A DNA stretch of 64,000 nt from an uncultured SAR86 cluster bacterium. Lineage in GTDB: Bacteria > Pseudomonadota > Gammaproteobacteria > Magnimaribacterales > Magnimaribacteraceae. Of this stretch, positions 10,297 to 21,267 are shown piece by piece (the first letter of the stretch is position 1; every line of letters begins with the position of its first letter). Location of the stretch: NCBI GenBank assembly GCA_902521635.1, contig CABYSI010000002.1:56198-120197 (forward strand). Direction: 5' to 3'. A program made the position numbers and the translations under genes. Under the pieces are notes generated by a model, which saw nothing but the letters and a program-made list of their open reading frames with translations, did no database searches and was not told where the DNA came from.

Positions 10297-10373
10297 CGGG
10301 GCATAGCGCAGCCTGGTAGCGCACCTGCTTTGGGAGCAGGTGGTCGCAGGTTCAAATCCTGCTGCCCCGACCA
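10297..10373 (+). tRNA. tRNA-Pro(TGG)
   Basis: CGGGGCA/TGCCCCG acceptor stem, anticodon arm CCTGC-TTTGGGA-GCAGG, GTTCAAATC T-loop, encoded CCA. Confidence 0.97.
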
Positions 10374-10379
10374 GTTATC

Positions 10380-11651
10380 TTGAGTAAAAAACAAATTGTC
10401 ATAATAGGAGGAGGGCTGCAGGGTTTAGCAACTGCGAATGCTCTTATAGAAAGAGGTGAAGAAATTTTACTTCTTGAGCGAGAAAGTGATGTCGCCACCT
10501 CTACCAGTTTTGCCAACGCGGGTATGATGACTCCTTCTCAATCTTCACCTTGGAACTCACCTGCAGACATTGCACAAATTTTGGCTGGGATAGGAAAAGT
10601 TGATAGTCCAATGCTTCTTAAATTAAACCAAATACCATCTTTATTTTTCTGGGGTTTAAAGTTTTTAAGAAACTCAACACCTAAAAGATTTAATGAAATT
10701 TCAAGAAACTTATTTGATTTGGCTAATTACAGCAAAGAACTTACTATCCAATTCAGAAAAAAAAATAATGCTACTTATGATGAATCTGAAAAAGGAACGT
10801 TAAAGATTTATAGAAATTCTGAATCAATGCAAAAATCTATTAATCAGCATGAAAAAATATTTTCAAATTTGGACGCAGTAAAAATAATAAAAAATAAAGA
10901 TTTAGTTGATTTAGAACCTCAGCTTAAAGATATACAACCAGAATTATCAGGTGGATTATTATTTTCTAATGATGAAGTTGGTGACGCATATAAATTCTGC
11001 AAAATTCTTGAAGAAAAAATTAGAAAAAATGGTGGAAGAATTTTAACAAATACCAAAATAAATAAAATTCTCATCAACAAAGGTTACGTCAAAGGTATTG
11101 TTACAGATAGAGCTATTCTTGAAACAGAAAGACTAATTATATGCAGCGGCTCATGGTCTAGAGAACTTTTGAAGCAAGTAGGTCTTAATTTACCGGTTAG
11201 ACCTGTTAAAGGTTACTCTTTAACTTTCGATACTACCGGTTTGAATAATGTTCCTAACATCTCCCTTGTTGATGAAAGTATTCATACAGCAGTTACATCC
11301 TTTCAAAACAGAATTAGAGTTGCTGGAACAGCCGAATTTGCTGGTTATGATGATTCAATCCATCCTAAAAGAATTGATTATCTTTATAGGATGTTAGAAA
11401 GTATTTATCCTAGCCTCTACGGTCAGCTTGAAGAAAACGAAGGAAAGGTTTGGCATGGTTTTAGACCAATGAGTGCTGATGGCTTGCCATTTATTGGGGG
11501 AACAAAGATAGAGGGTTTATTTGTAAATTGCGGTCAAGGACACTTAGGATGGACTCTTGCAATGGGATCGGCATCACTGCTGGCAGATCAAGTACAATTT
11601 AAAGATTCAAAAATTGATATCAGTCCGTATTTAGCTAGTAGATCCGTATAA
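10380..11651 (+). CDS. dadA: D-amino acid dehydrogenase, DadA-like FAD oxidoreductase
   Basis: GGGLQG, TSFANAG, PVKGYS, RVAGTAEF, GFRPMSADGLP, GQGHLGWT; TTG start. Confidence 0.82.
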   Translation: MSKKQIVIIGGGLQGLATANALIERGEEILLLERESDVATSTSFANAGMMTPSQSSPWNSPADIAQILAGIGKVDSPMLLKLNQIPSLFFWGLKFLRNSTPKRFNEISRNLFDLANYSKELTIQFRKKNNATYDESEKGTLKIYRNSESMQKSINQHEKIFSNLDAVKIIKNKDLVDLEPQLKDIQPELSGGLLFSNDEVGDAYKFCKILEEKIRKNGGRILTNTKINKILINKGYVKGIVTDRAILETERLIICSGSWSRELLKQVGLNLPVRPVKGYSLTFDTTGLNNVPNISLVDESIHTAVTSFQNRIRVAGTAEFAGYDDSIHPKRIDYLYRMLESIYPSLYGQLEENEGKVWHGFRPMSADGLPFIGGTKIEGLFVNCGQGHLGWTLAMGSASLLADQVQFKDSKIDISPYLASRSV

Positions 11652-11695
11652 ATTATTCATCTCTAATCTTCATGGTTACTATATAATTCGCTCAA

Positions 11696-11773
11696 CTCCT
11701 CGTAGCTCAGTTGGATTAGAGCAACTGCCTTCTAAGCAGTGGGTCGCAGGTTCGAGTCCTGCCGAGGAGGCCA
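11696..11773 (+). tRNA. tRNA-Arg(TCT)
   Basis: CTCCTCG/CGAGGAG acceptor stem, ACTGC-CTTCTAA-GCAGT anticodon arm, GTTCGAGTC, CCA. Confidence 0.97.
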
Positions 11774-11879
11774 CCTTTTTTTTCTCAACTTTAATCTATA
11801 ACGAATATTTAAATTTTCTAAATGCTTGAAGGCATGAAATATGGAAGATAGAATAATTTTTTATTATTTAATTTTCCTC

Positions 11880-12149
11880 ATGTTAGGTTCACACATTTCA
11901 ATTTACGGCGAAGTTCAAGGATCTGGTTTCAGGTCTTGGGCGAAAGAACAAAGTCTAAAACTTACTTTAACTGGCTGGGCCAGAAAAGCTTCGGATGGTT
12001 CGATTGAAATTTTTGTACAAGGAGAAGATGAATCAGTCAATTCATTTATATCGCTATGTTGGGATGGTCCTTCTTTCTCACATGTCGACGATGTATTAGT
12101 ACAAGATGCAAACCCAGACGAATCTATTAGAGGATTCGAAATATATTAA
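11880..12149 (+). CDS. Acylphosphatase-family protein (catalytic Asn replaced by Lys)
   Basis: GEVQGSGFR, LTGWARKASDGSIE, GPSFSHV, C-terminal FEI. Start taken at the internal Met 11880. Confidence 0.82.
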   Translation: MLGSHISIYGEVQGSGFRSWAKEQSLKLTLTGWARKASDGSIEIFVQGEDESVNSFISLCWDGPSFSHVDDVLVQDANPDESIRGFEIY

Positions 12150-12194
12150 ATTAATCATCTGCAATTTTTATTAAGTGATAAAATGGCGGTTTTT

Positions 12195-12271
12195 GGTGGG
12201 CGTAGCTCAGTTGGTAGAGCCCTGGATTGTGATTCCAGTGGTCGTGGGTTCGAGCCCCATCGCCCACCCCA
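12195..12271 (+). tRNA. tRNA-His(GTG)
   Basis: Encoded G-1, GTGGGCG/CGCCCAC stem, CTGGA-TTGTGAT-TCCAG anticodon arm, CCA. Confidence 0.97.
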
Positions 12272-12282
12272 AAGGATAAATT

Positions 12283-13590
12283 ATGAAATTTTCATTCAAA
12301 TCAAAGGTAGATATCAATCAGGACCTACAAATAGTAGTCTCGAATAAAGATATTCAAGAACAAGTATCAATCAAACTTAAAGCAGCCCAAAAAGATTCTA
12401 AACTCAAAGGTTTCAGAAAGGGAAAAGCTCCTATGGATGTTGTTGAAAGTATATACGGGCCTGAAATTAGACAGGACGTACTATGGGATCTAGCAAGTAA
12501 AACTTTCTCTAAAATTGCGCAGGAAAAAGATTTAAAGATTGTAAGCAGACCCAACTTGATACCAGAAAAAATAGAGGAGGGTAAGGATGCCAAATTCAAA
12601 GCTACTTTTGAAGTTTACCCTGAGGTCTCTTTATCAAAAATGAGCAAAATATCTTACACGAACTTCTTGTGCGAGATTTCCGATGATGATCTTGATAAGA
12701 CCATAACAAATCTTCAGAAACGAATGAGTCAGTGGGAAACAAGCACTGAGGCTTCTAAAGATGGCGATCAAGTCAAGATAAGTTTCGTCGGGAAAATTGA
12801 AGGAGAAGAGTTTGAAGGAGGAACTGCAGAAGACTTTACAGTAGAGATAGGTTCAAAGTCTATGATAGAGGGCTTCGAAGAAGGCCTTATCGGACTTAGT
12901 GCAGGAGATAATAAAATACTTGAGTTAACTTTTCCTGATGATTACGGAAAATCTGATCTTGCGTCCAAACCTGTTAACTTTGAAACACAAGTAAAAGAAG
13001 TTTTGAGTCCGAAACTTCCTGAACTTAATGAAGAGTTTTTTAAAAGCACTGGAATTGAGTCAGAAAATATTGAATCCTTCAAAAAAGAGGTTAAGACCAA
13101 ACTAGAGGAGGATTTAATAAATATCTTAAATACCAAGACTAAACAAAATCTTTTTGATTCGCTTTTAATAGCAAATGATTTCGAGGTTCCCTCTTCAATG
13201 ATTGACTCTGAAGTCTCTAATATGAAACAGGACACGGCGAGAAGAATGGGTATGGATCCAAAAGATATGAATGAAGATTTATTTCCCAATGAAACTTTTG
13301 CAGATGAGGCCACCAAGAGAGTCAAGGTAGGAATATTATTAAATACAATTATCCAAGATAAAGAGCTCAAGCCTGATGCCGATAAAGTTAAAGAAATAAT
13401 AGAAGAGCGGGCAAAAAACTATAAGGATCCCCAACAAGTAATAAATTATTTTTATTCCGATGATGAGCAACTTAGAAATATTGAATCAATTTCTTTAGAA
13501 GAACAAGTTGTTGAAATCATAAAATCTGAGGCTAAGTCTGTTGATGAAAATATTTCCTATGAAGATTGCGTTTCAGGAACTTATGGTTGA
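12283..13590 (+). CDS. tig: Trigger factor
   Basis: GFRKGKAP ribosome-binding loop, FKBP domain (FEGG, MIEGFEEGL, FPDDY), upstream of clpP. Confidence 0.96.
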   Translation: MKFSFKSKVDINQDLQIVVSNKDIQEQVSIKLKAAQKDSKLKGFRKGKAPMDVVESIYGPEIRQDVLWDLASKTFSKIAQEKDLKIVSRPNLIPEKIEEGKDAKFKATFEVYPEVSLSKMSKISYTNFLCEISDDDLDKTITNLQKRMSQWETSTEASKDGDQVKISFVGKIEGEEFEGGTAEDFTVEIGSKSMIEGFEEGLIGLSAGDNKILELTFPDDYGKSDLASKPVNFETQVKEVLSPKLPELNEEFFKSTGIESENIESFKKEVKTKLEEDLINILNTKTKQNLFDSLLIANDFEVPSSMIDSEVSNMKQDTARRMGMDPKDMNEDLFPNETFADEATKRVKVGILLNTIIQDKELKPDADKVKEIIEERAKNYKDPQQVINYFYSDDEQLRNIESISLEEQVVEIIKSEAKSVDENISYEDCVSGTYG

Positions 13591-13613
13591 AAATAATTTC
13601 TATTGCCCCATCT
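13587..13613 (+). promoter_or_regulatory. Sigma32 (RpoH) promoter for clpPX
   Basis: TTGAAA-N13-CCCCATCT matches the RpoH consensus. Confidence 0.75.
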
Positions 13614-13633
13614 ATCAATTAAGGAAGATATAA

Positions 13634-14254
13634 ATGAGTAAAGAAAACACAAATCTTGTAAATCAACTTGTACCAATGGTTGTTGAACAAACGCCAAGAG
13701 GGGAAAGGGCTTACGATATTTATTCAAGATTGCTTAAAGAGCGAGTGATATTTTTGACAGGACCTGTAGAAGATTACGGATCAAATTTGATAGTGGCTCA
13801 AATGCTATATTTAGAGGCAGAAAATCCCGATAAAGATATTCATCTGTATATTAATTCTCCAGGAGGATCGGTTACAGCAGGGCTTTCAATTTATGACACT
13901 ATGCAATTTATCAAACCTGATGTATCTACACTCTGTATTGGCCAAGCCGCTAGTATGGGAGCTATTCTTTTATGTGGCGGTGCTAAAGGTAAAAGGCAGG
14001 CTCTTCCAAACTCTAGAGTCATGATTCATCAAGTTCTCGGAGGATTTCAAGGTCAAGCAAGCGATATAGAGATTCATACTCAAGAAATATTATCTATCAA
14101 AAAGAAATTAAATGAAATTTTAGCAAACCACTCTGGTCAAAAGGTTGATAAGATAGCCAAGGATAGCGATAGGGACAATTTTATGTCTCCAGAGCAGGCC
14201 GTAAAGTATGGTTTAATAGATGATGTTGTTGACAGTCGTTCAGTTGAAAAGTAA
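13634..14254 (+). CDS. clpP: ATP-dependent Clp protease proteolytic subunit
   Basis: [23 protein letters not shown] (Ser), MIHQ (His), DRDNFM (Asp). Confidence 0.98.
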   Translation: MSKENTNLVNQLVPMVVEQTPRGERAYDIYSRLLKERVIFLTGPVEDYGSNLIVAQMLYLEAENPDKDIHLYINSPGGSVTAGLSIYDTMQFIKPDVSTLCIGQAASMGAILLCGGAKGKRQALPNSRVMIHQVLGGFQGQASDIEIHTQEILSIKKKLNEILANHSGQKVDKIAKDSDRDNFMSPEQAVKYGLIDDVVDSRSVEK

Positions 14255-14265
14255 AGGGAGTTTAT

Positions 14266-15543
14266 ATGTCTGATAAGGACAATACAGAAAATAACGAAGA
14301 CAAACTTTTATATTGCTCTTTTTGTGGCAAGAACCAAAATGAGGTAAGGAAACTGATTGCAGGTCCTTCTGTTTACATATGTAACGAATGCATTGATCTC
14401 TGTAACGATATAATCAAAGAAGAAATTTCAGAATCATCTGAAGTCGAAGAAGAAACTTTTCCTGTTCCTATAGAAATCAAAGCCACTTTAGATGAATATG
14501 TAATAGGGCAAGAAGAAGCTAAAAAGAATTTATCTGTTGCTGTATACAACCACTACAAAAGATTAAAAGGTGGAAAGAAATTAGATTCCTCCGACGAAGT
14601 CGAACTCACAAAAAGTAATATTTTACTTCTAGGTCCCACAGGCTCTGGAAAAACGTTACTAGCCCAGACCCTTGCTAGGTTGCTCGATGTACCATTCACT
14701 ATCGCTGATGCTACAACATTAACTGAAGCAGGATATGTAGGAGAAGATGTTGAAAATATAATACAAAAGCTTCTTCAAAAATGTGATTACGATATTGAAA
14801 AAGCTCAATTGGGAATAGTTTACATTGATGAGATCGACAAGATAGCAAGAAAGTCGGACAATCCATCTATCACAAGAGATGTTTCTGGTGAAGGAGTGCA
14901 ACAGGCTCTTCTTAAGCTAATTGAAGGAACTGTAGCGTCTGTTCCTCCCCAAGGTGGAAGAAAACATCCTCAACAAGAATTCTTACAAGTGGATACTGCC
15001 AATATATTGTTTATCTGTGGAGGTGCTTTCTCTGGTCTAGAGTCTGTAATACAACAAAGATGTGAAGAAACCGGTATAGGATTTGGTGCAAATGTAACTT
15101 CCATTAAGTTAGAAAATGAAACAGATAAACTCATAGGACAAGTACGTCCTGAGGATCTAATCAAGTTCGGCTTAATCCCAGAGTTTGTAGGTAGACTGCC
15201 TGTCATTACTACATTAGAACAGCTTGATGAGGAGGCCTTGGTCACAATCCTTACCGAACCAAAAAATAGTCTTACTAAGCAATTCTCTAAACTATTTGAG
15301 ATGGAGAATGTCGAGTTGGACATTAGAGAAGATGCACTTCTTGAAATTGCTAAAAAAGCCATTGAGAGAAAAACTGGAGCAAGAGGTTTGAGGTCAATTC
15401 TTGAAAGTATATTGATGGAAACTATGTATAAAGTTCCATCTGAAGAATCTCTGAATAAGGTAGTTCTGGATAGCTCTGTCGTAAAGGGTGAGACTGAACC
15501 TTTGATGGTTTATGAAAAGACTTCAAAAACTAAAACTGGTTAA
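14266..15543 (+). CDS. clpX: ATP-dependent Clp protease ATP-binding subunit
   Basis: C4 zinc finger, [22 protein letters not shown] loop, GARGLR. Confidence 0.98.
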   Translation: MSDKDNTENNEDKLLYCSFCGKNQNEVRKLIAGPSVYICNECIDLCNDIIKEEISESSEVEEETFPVPIEIKATLDEYVIGQEEAKKNLSVAVYNHYKRLKGGKKLDSSDEVELTKSNILLLGPTGSGKTLLAQTLARLLDVPFTIADATTLTEAGYVGEDVENIIQKLLQKCDYDIEKAQLGIVYIDEIDKIARKSDNPSITRDVSGEGVQQALLKLIEGTVASVPPQGGRKHPQQEFLQVDTANILFICGGAFSGLESVIQQRCEETGIGFGANVTSIKLENETDKLIGQVRPEDLIKFGLIPEFVGRLPVITTLEQLDEEALVTILTEPKNSLTKQFSKLFEMENVELDIREDALLEIAKKAIERKTGARGLRSILESILMETMYKVPSEESLNKVVLDSSVVKGETEPLMVYEKTSKTKTG

Positions 15544-15545
15544 CT

Positions 15546-15571
15546 CTTGTTTTTTTTTAGTTAAACCCCAT
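15546..15571 (+). promoter_or_regulatory. Probable sigma32 promoter for lon
   Basis: CTTGTTT-N13-CCCCAT directly upstream of lon. Confidence 0.6.
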
Positions 15572-15595
15572 TATTAGACATATAGCAAAAATATT

Positions 15596-17989
15596 ATGTC
15601 TAAAAAAAATCTAAACATACCCCTACTACCTCTTAGAGATGTAGTTATATTCCCTTCAGTTGTAACACCTCTTTTTGTTGGAAGAGAGAAATCAATTACT
15701 GCGTTGCAGTCCGCAATGGCTGGTGATAAACAGATAATGCTTGTAGCACAAAAAAGTGCCCAGCAGGATGACCCTAAGCTAGGTGACCTCTATCCTATTG
15801 GTACTCTTTCTACCATTCTACAACTTATAAAATTGCCGGATGGTACTTTGAAAGTCCTAGTTGAAGGCAATCAAAGAGCTTCGATAGAGTCACTAGAAGC
15901 TTCTGATGAGTATATGTCTGTGCAAGTTTCAACGATAGATGAAGAAACTGAATCGAAAGAATTAGATCATTTTCTTCCTTCTCTCAAAAAGCAATTTCAG
16001 GAATACGTAAAGCTTACTCGAAAAGCTACTCCTGAAGTCTTAAATACGGTCAATGCCATCGACTCTCTATCTAGACTCACAGACACACTAGTGGGTCATC
16101 TCTCAATCGATATAAGCCAAAAACAAGAAATATTAGAGATGATTTCATTGACTGATAGGGCTAACCGTATTTTGGAGCATTTAGATTCTCAACTTGATCT
16201 TTCTAAAGTCGAAAAGAAGATACGTGGCAGGGTAAAAACTCAAATGGAAAAAAGCCAAAAAGAATATTATCTCAATGAACAGATGAAAGCCCTAAAAAAA
16301 GAACTCGGTGAGATCGATGAAGCAGAAGAAGCTGAAGAACTTGAAACCAAGATTAATGAAGCTGGAATGACAAAAGAAGCTCAAGAAAAGGCACTTACTG
16401 AACTCCAAAAATATAAGATGATGTCACCAATGTCTGCTGAAGCCTCAGTTGTGCGCGGATATATTGACTGGATGCTGAATATTCCGTGGAAAAAGAAAAG
16501 CAAAATTAGGTCAGACTTGAATGCTGCTAGTAGTGTTTTAAATGAAGATCATTTTGGTCTAGAGGAAGTTAAAGAGAGAATATTAGAGTACCTAGCTGTT
16601 CAAAAAAGAGTGAAAAAGCTCAAAGGACCAGTTCTTTGTTTAGTAGGACCTCCTGGAGTAGGCAAAACGTCTCTCGGTGAATCCATAGCCAGAGCCACCA
16701 ATAGAAAGTTTGTAAGAATGTCGTTGGGTGGTGTACGAGATGAAGCTGAAATAAGAGGACATAGAAGAACATATATCGGCTCTATGCCTGGCAGGATTCT
16801 GCAAAAGTTATCTAAGACAGGAGTAAAGAACCCGCTTTTCCTTTTGGATGAAATAGACAAAATGGGCATGGATATGAGAGGAGATCCCGCTTCCGCTCTT
16901 TTAGAAGTTTTAGATCCAGAGCAGAACCACACCTTTAATGATCACTATCTTGAAGTCGATTACGATCTTTCAGACATCATGTTTGTTTGTACTGCTAATA
17001 GCATGAATATTCCTCAAGCTCTTCGCGATAGAATGGAAATTATAACTTTGCCAGGTTATACGGAAGACGAAAAAGTAAACATCGCTGATAAGTATCTTGT
17101 TAACAAACAAAAGAAAAATAATGGCTTAAATGAAGATGAACTTTCCATTTCTAAAAACACGATAAAAGACCTTATTAGATATTTTACTAGAGAGGCCGGC
17201 GTGCGTGCTTTAGAAAGAGAGATTGCAAAGATATGCAGAAAAGTTGTCAAAAAAAATGCAACAGTAAATAAGTCTAAAAAGATTTCTATCAAACCAAGTA
17301 ATTTAGAAGACTACTGTGGAGTAAGAAAATTTGATTTTGGTGAGGCTGAAGAAAACGATCGTATAGGACAAGTCACGGGACTTGCATGGACTCAAGTTGG
17401 AGGAGAACTATTAACGATAGAAGCTTCGAGTTTTATTGGAAAAGGTAAAATTATTAAAACGGGTTCACTTGGAGATGTAATGCAAGAATCTATCCAAGCG
17501 GCACTTTCAGTTGTCCGATCAAGATCAGAATCATTGGGCATAGATCCTAAATTCTATGAGGAGCAGGATATACATATCCACGTCCCAGAGGGGGCAACAC
17601 CAAAAGATGGACCTAGCGCAGGTGCTGCTATGACAACCGCTCTAACTTCTGTGCTTTCAAACATACCAGTAAGATCAGATGTTGCCATGACGGGTGAGAT
17701 AACTCTCAGAGGGGAAGTCCTTAAAATAGGTGGTCTCAAAGAAAAATTATTAGCTGCAAGAAGAGGTGGGATAAAAGTAGTCCTGATACCCGAAGGAAAC
17801 GTGAGAGACTTAAAAGAGGTTCCAGATAATATAAAGGCTGATTTAGATATCAAACCTGTTAGGTGGATTGACGAAGTCTTAGACATTGTTCTTACTAGAC
17901 AACCCATTCCGTGGGAAAAAGAAGAGGTTAGTGACAAGGTATCTTCAAAAAAATCTAGAGCAAAGAAAAGCTCGGTAAAAGCTCACTAA
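15596..17989 (+). CDS. lon: Lon protease
   Basis: LPLRD, GPPGVGKTS, RRTYIG, PKDGPSAG (Ser), IGGLKEK (Lys). Confidence 0.98.
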   Translation: MSKKNLNIPLLPLRDVVIFPSVVTPLFVGREKSITALQSAMAGDKQIMLVAQKSAQQDDPKLGDLYPIGTLSTILQLIKLPDGTLKVLVEGNQRASIESLEASDEYMSVQVSTIDEETESKELDHFLPSLKKQFQEYVKLTRKATPEVLNTVNAIDSLSRLTDTLVGHLSIDISQKQEILEMISLTDRANRILEHLDSQLDLSKVEKKIRGRVKTQMEKSQKEYYLNEQMKALKKELGEIDEAEEAEELETKINEAGMTKEAQEKALTELQKYKMMSPMSAEASVVRGYIDWMLNIPWKKKSKIRSDLNAASSVLNEDHFGLEEVKERILEYLAVQKRVKKLKGPVLCLVGPPGVGKTSLGESIARATNRKFVRMSLGGVRDEAEIRGHRRTYIGSMPGRILQKLSKTGVKNPLFLLDEIDKMGMDMRGDPASALLEVLDPEQNHTFNDHYLEVDYDLSDIMFVCTANSMNIPQALRDRMEIITLPGYTEDEKVNIADKYLVNKQKKNNGLNEDELSISKNTIKDLIRYFTREAGVRALEREIAKICRKVVKKNATVNKSKKISIKPSNLEDYCGVRKFDFGEAEENDRIGQVTGLAWTQVGGELLTIEASSFIGKGKIIKTGSLGDVMQESIQAALSVVRSRSESLGIDPKFYEEQDIHIHVPEGATPKDGPSAGAAMTTALTSVLSNIPVRSDVAMTGEITLRGEVLKIGGLKEKLLAARRGGIKVVLIPEGNVRDLKEVPDNIKADLDIKPVRWIDEVLDIVLTRQPIPWEKEEVSDKVSSKKSRAKKSSVKAH

Positions 17990-18006
17990 TTAAATCAAAT
18001 TCAAGC

Positions 18007-18035
18007 TTGACAAGGCTTTTGCCTGAGGTTTTAAT
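18007..18035 (+). promoter_or_regulatory. Sigma70 promoter for hupB
   Basis: TTGACA-N17-TTTAAT, followed by leader hairpin CCAGCTTG...TAAGCTGG (18044-18067). Confidence 0.65.
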
Positions 18036-18092
18036 CATATTGACCAGCTTGCAAAATGATAAGCTGGCTTAACAAGACTCTAGGAGATTAAT

Positions 18093-18362
18093 GTGAATAA
18101 AGCCCAATTAACAGACGCTGTAGCAGCGGCAACTGACACTTCGAAAGCTGAAGCCGGAAGAGCGGTAGAAGCAACTTTAAATGCAATAGCAGGTAGCCTA
18201 TCTGGTGGAGATAGTGTTTCACTTGTAGGTTTCGGAACCTTCAATGTAAGACATAGAGCTGCAAGAACTGGAAGAAATCCTCAAACTGGAGCGACTATTC
18301 AAATAGGAGCTTCAAAATCAGTAGGATTTAAAGCAGGAAAAGCACTTAAAGAAAGTCTTTAG
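18093..18362 (+). CDS. hupB: DNA-binding protein HU
   Basis: MNKAQL, VGFGTF, RTGRNPQTG, FKAGKALK; GTG start with AGGAG RBS; lon-hupB-ppiD synteny. Confidence 0.95.
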   Translation: MNKAQLTDAVAAATDTSKAEAGRAVEATLNAIAGSLSGGDSVSLVGFGTFNVRHRAARTGRNPQTGATIQIGASKSVGFKAGKALKESL

Positions 18363-18378
18363 ACCCAATTAGTTTACT

Positions 18379-18407
18379 AAGAGCGCGCCATTAGGCGCGC
18401 TTTTTTT
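18379..18407 (+). terminator. Intrinsic terminator after hupB
   Basis: AGCGCGCC-ATTA-GGCGCGC-T7. Confidence 0.88.
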
Positions 18408-18419
18408 AATTACAAACAC

Positions 18420-20288
18420 ATGTCAGGAATACAAAGCATTAGAGAAGGATTAACTGGAAACGTTACTAGAGTTATTGTTGTTGCAATAATTATTACTTTC
18501 ATTGGTTCCGTGGGTTGGGCTGGTTTTTTCTCACAAGGTAACGTTAATGTGGTTGCCACCGTAGGGTCTAAAGAAATTACAAATGCAGATCTGAACTTTG
18601 AAGTAAGTACTCAACAATTTGCTTTAAGCCAAAGGTTTCCTGATCAAGAGATTGATGATGAAACTCTGTTTACATTATCAAAGAATAATTTGATCAATAA
18701 ATTTTCGGTACTAGATTTTTTAGATTCTAAAAAAACGATACTTACGGATGAATTTATTTATATGCAATTAGCTGAAGAAGAACAATTTCAGGAGAATGGT
18801 AGATTCAGTAAAGCTAGATTTGAATCTTTCGCTAGAAGCAATGGATTTATACCATCCGACTATTTAAAAAGAGTTAGAGAAGACTTTCTTATTAATATCT
18901 GGCGTCAATCAATAATCAATTCTAGTTTCATAACTGATTTAGATGTTTCAGAATCCATGGCTCTAGCTGATCAAGAAAGAGACATAACTTTTATTAAACT
19001 ATCTGCAGAAAGATTCAAAAATTCAGTAAGCTATCAAGAAGAAGATCTACAAAATTACTACATAGAAAATAAATCTGCCTATACGAGTCCAGACAAGGCA
19101 AAAGTTTCTTATATCTCTTTGAATTCAGAGGAGCTTGAAAGCATTGTTAACATCTCTGAAGAAGATATTAGACTTGAATATGAAGACTACATAAGAGATT
19201 TTGATTCTAGTGAAAGAAAGTCTGTATCACACATTATGCTTAATATTACAGATGCTAGAGACTCTTCTGCTGCTTCAGAAGAATTAATATTAATAAAAGA
19301 TAGGCTTAATCAAGGCGAAGCCTTTGAAGAATTAGTTGTTGAAGTTTCTGAAGATGGCGGCACAAAAGATATTGAAGGTAGTCTTGGGATTACTGATGGC
19401 ACATTACTACCCCCTGAATTTGAACAAGCTTTATTATCTATGGAAGAGGGTGAAATTTTTGGACCTATAGAGCTTTTATCAAGTGTTCACTTAATAAGAC
19501 TAGATGAAGTAATTAAGCCCGAACCTGAAACTTTGGAAGATTTGTCGCCAAAATTTCGAGAAGATCTATTAACCAATAAAGCAGAAGAGTTTTATGTTGA
19601 TCTTCTTGGAGAAGTTTCAGATCTAGCTTTTAGTTCTGACTCGATTAAAGATATTGCTGAAACTCTTGATCAAGATTTAATTGAGACTGATTACTTTTCA
19701 AGATCAGAGATACCAGAAATTTTATCTACGAATTCTATATCTGACTTTATATTTGAAGACTTTAGTGAAGGTAACTTCCCGGAATTAATAGAAACTTCTC
19801 AGCTAAGTGCTGTTCTTATTCAGATATCCGATTATGTTGAGCAGTCTCAACTTGAATATCCAGATGTGAGATCTCAGATAGAAGATACTTACGTGCTTAG
19901 AGAATCATTAAAAGCTTCTGAAGCCTTTGTTCTTAAATCGATTGAAGATTTAAAAGCCGACAAGACTTTTGAAATATTATCTAGTCAAAACAATGTAGAA
20001 GTTGAAACTTATAAAGGCTTGAAGAGGGACAGTTCATTACTTCCAGTAAGGGCGGTTAACGAGATATTCTCTCTTCCAAGGTCGCAAGCAGGAGATGTAT
20101 TTGGTTCAGCAGTATCTCAGAACGGTGACAGCATAATTTTTAGATTGGATGCTGTAAATGAGAGCAACGAAGAACTTACAGAAGAGAATATCGTAGATAT
20201 TAAGAATTTTCTGAATCAACAAAAATCTATTTCCGAGCTAAGCGAATTACAAGCGTTTATAAAGCGAGGCCTTTCAATAAGCGGCTAG
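18420..20288 (+). CDS. ppiD: Periplasmic chaperone/parvulin PPIase
   Basis: N-terminal TM anchor, SurA-like domain, parvulin motifs (SHIML, SEDGGT, GSLG, PEFEQA), position after hupB. Confidence 0.88.
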   Translation: MSGIQSIREGLTGNVTRVIVVAIIITFIGSVGWAGFFSQGNVNVVATVGSKEITNADLNFEVSTQQFALSQRFPDQEIDDETLFTLSKNNLINKFSVLDFLDSKKTILTDEFIYMQLAEEEQFQENGRFSKARFESFARSNGFIPSDYLKRVREDFLINIWRQSIINSSFITDLDVSESMALADQERDITFIKLSAERFKNSVSYQEEDLQNYYIENKSAYTSPDKAKVSYISLNSEELESIVNISEEDIRLEYEDYIRDFDSSERKSVSHIMLNITDARDSSAASEELILIKDRLNQGEAFEELVVEVSEDGGTKDIEGSLGITDGTLLPPEFEQALLSMEEGEIFGPIELLSSVHLIRLDEVIKPEPETLEDLSPKFREDLLTNKAEEFYVDLLGEVSDLAFSSDSIKDIAETLDQDLIETDYFSRSEIPEILSTNSISDFIFEDFSEGNFPELIETSQLSAVLIQISDYVEQSQLEYPDVRSQIEDTYVLRESLKASEAFVLKSIEDLKADKTFEILSSQNNVEVETYKGLKRDSSLLPVRAVNEIFSLPRSQAGDVFGSAVSQNGDSIIFRLDAVNESNEELTEENIVDIKNFLNQQKSISELSELQAFIKRGLSISG

Positions 20289-20289
20289 T

Positions 20290-21087
20290 TTAGCTCTCAG
20301 TTTCTTCAATAGAGCCCATAGCGGTAATATTGAAACCGCCATCTACATATAGCACTTCTCCGCTTATTCCACTTGCCATATCAGATGTTAGGAATGATGC
20401 AGCATCTCCGACTTCTCTAGTAGTTATGTTCCTGCCTATCGGAGACCTAGTAGCATTGTAACTAAGCATTTTTCTGAAGTTTTTTACACCCGAAGCAGCA
20501 AGAGTTTTAATTGGTCCAGCAGATATTGCGTTGACCCTGTGACCTTCTTTACCCATCGAAACAGCTAGATATCTAACACTTGCCTCTAAACTGGCTTTTG
20601 CCAAACCCATCACGTTATAGTTTGGAAGAGTCATTTGTGAGCCTAAATAAGATAAAGTCAGTAAGGACCCATTCCTGTTTTCCATCATCTTCTTGGCTTC
20701 TTTAGCGAGGGCAATAAAACTATAACTACTTATGTCATGTGCTATTTGGAAACCCTCTCTGCTGGTTACATCGACGAACTCTCCATCTAATTCCTCTCTA
20801 GGGGCAAAACCTACCGCATGAATTACAGCATCTAAACCTTCCCATTGTGATGACAGATTTTCAAAGGTTTCTTTAATTTCAATATCAGATGTAACATCGC
20901 AAGGGATAAAGGTCTCTATGCCTATTTCTTTTCCTAATTTCTCAACATTTCCCTTTAACCGCTCATTTTGATAAGTCAGAGCTATATTTGCACCATTTTC
21001 TGACATTGATTCTGCAATACCAGCAGCTATAGAGTGTTTATTTGCAACTCCTACTATCAATATATTTTTACCACTTAGAATATTCAT
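20290..21087 (-). CDS. fabI: Enoyl-ACP reductase
   Basis: [44 protein letters not shown]. Confidence 0.97.
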   Translation of the reverse strand: MNILSGKNILIVGVANKHSIAAGIAESMSENGANIALTYQNERLKGNVEKLGKEIGIETFIPCDVTSDIEIKETFENLSSQWEGLDAVIHAVGFAPREELDGEFVDVTSREGFQIAHDISSYSFIALAKEAKKMMENRNGSLLTLSYLGSQMTLPNYNVMGLAKASLEASVRYLAVSMGKEGHRVNAISAGPIKTLAASGVKNFRKMLSYNATRSPIGRNITTREVGDAASFLTSDMASGISGEVLYVDGGFNITAMGSIEETES

Positions 21088-21267
21088 TACATTATTTTAG
21101 TCTTTTTATAATAAATCTATAGAAAAATTTAGAATTTTCTATTTCATGAAGAAAACTCCACATTTAACCTAGATGACTACTAAATGTTGCTTAATCGCCT
21201 CTTTTGCTTTAAGGTTTGTATCAGAGGACTAAACAAGCCTCATTTTTTAGATATAAGGGGTATATAT

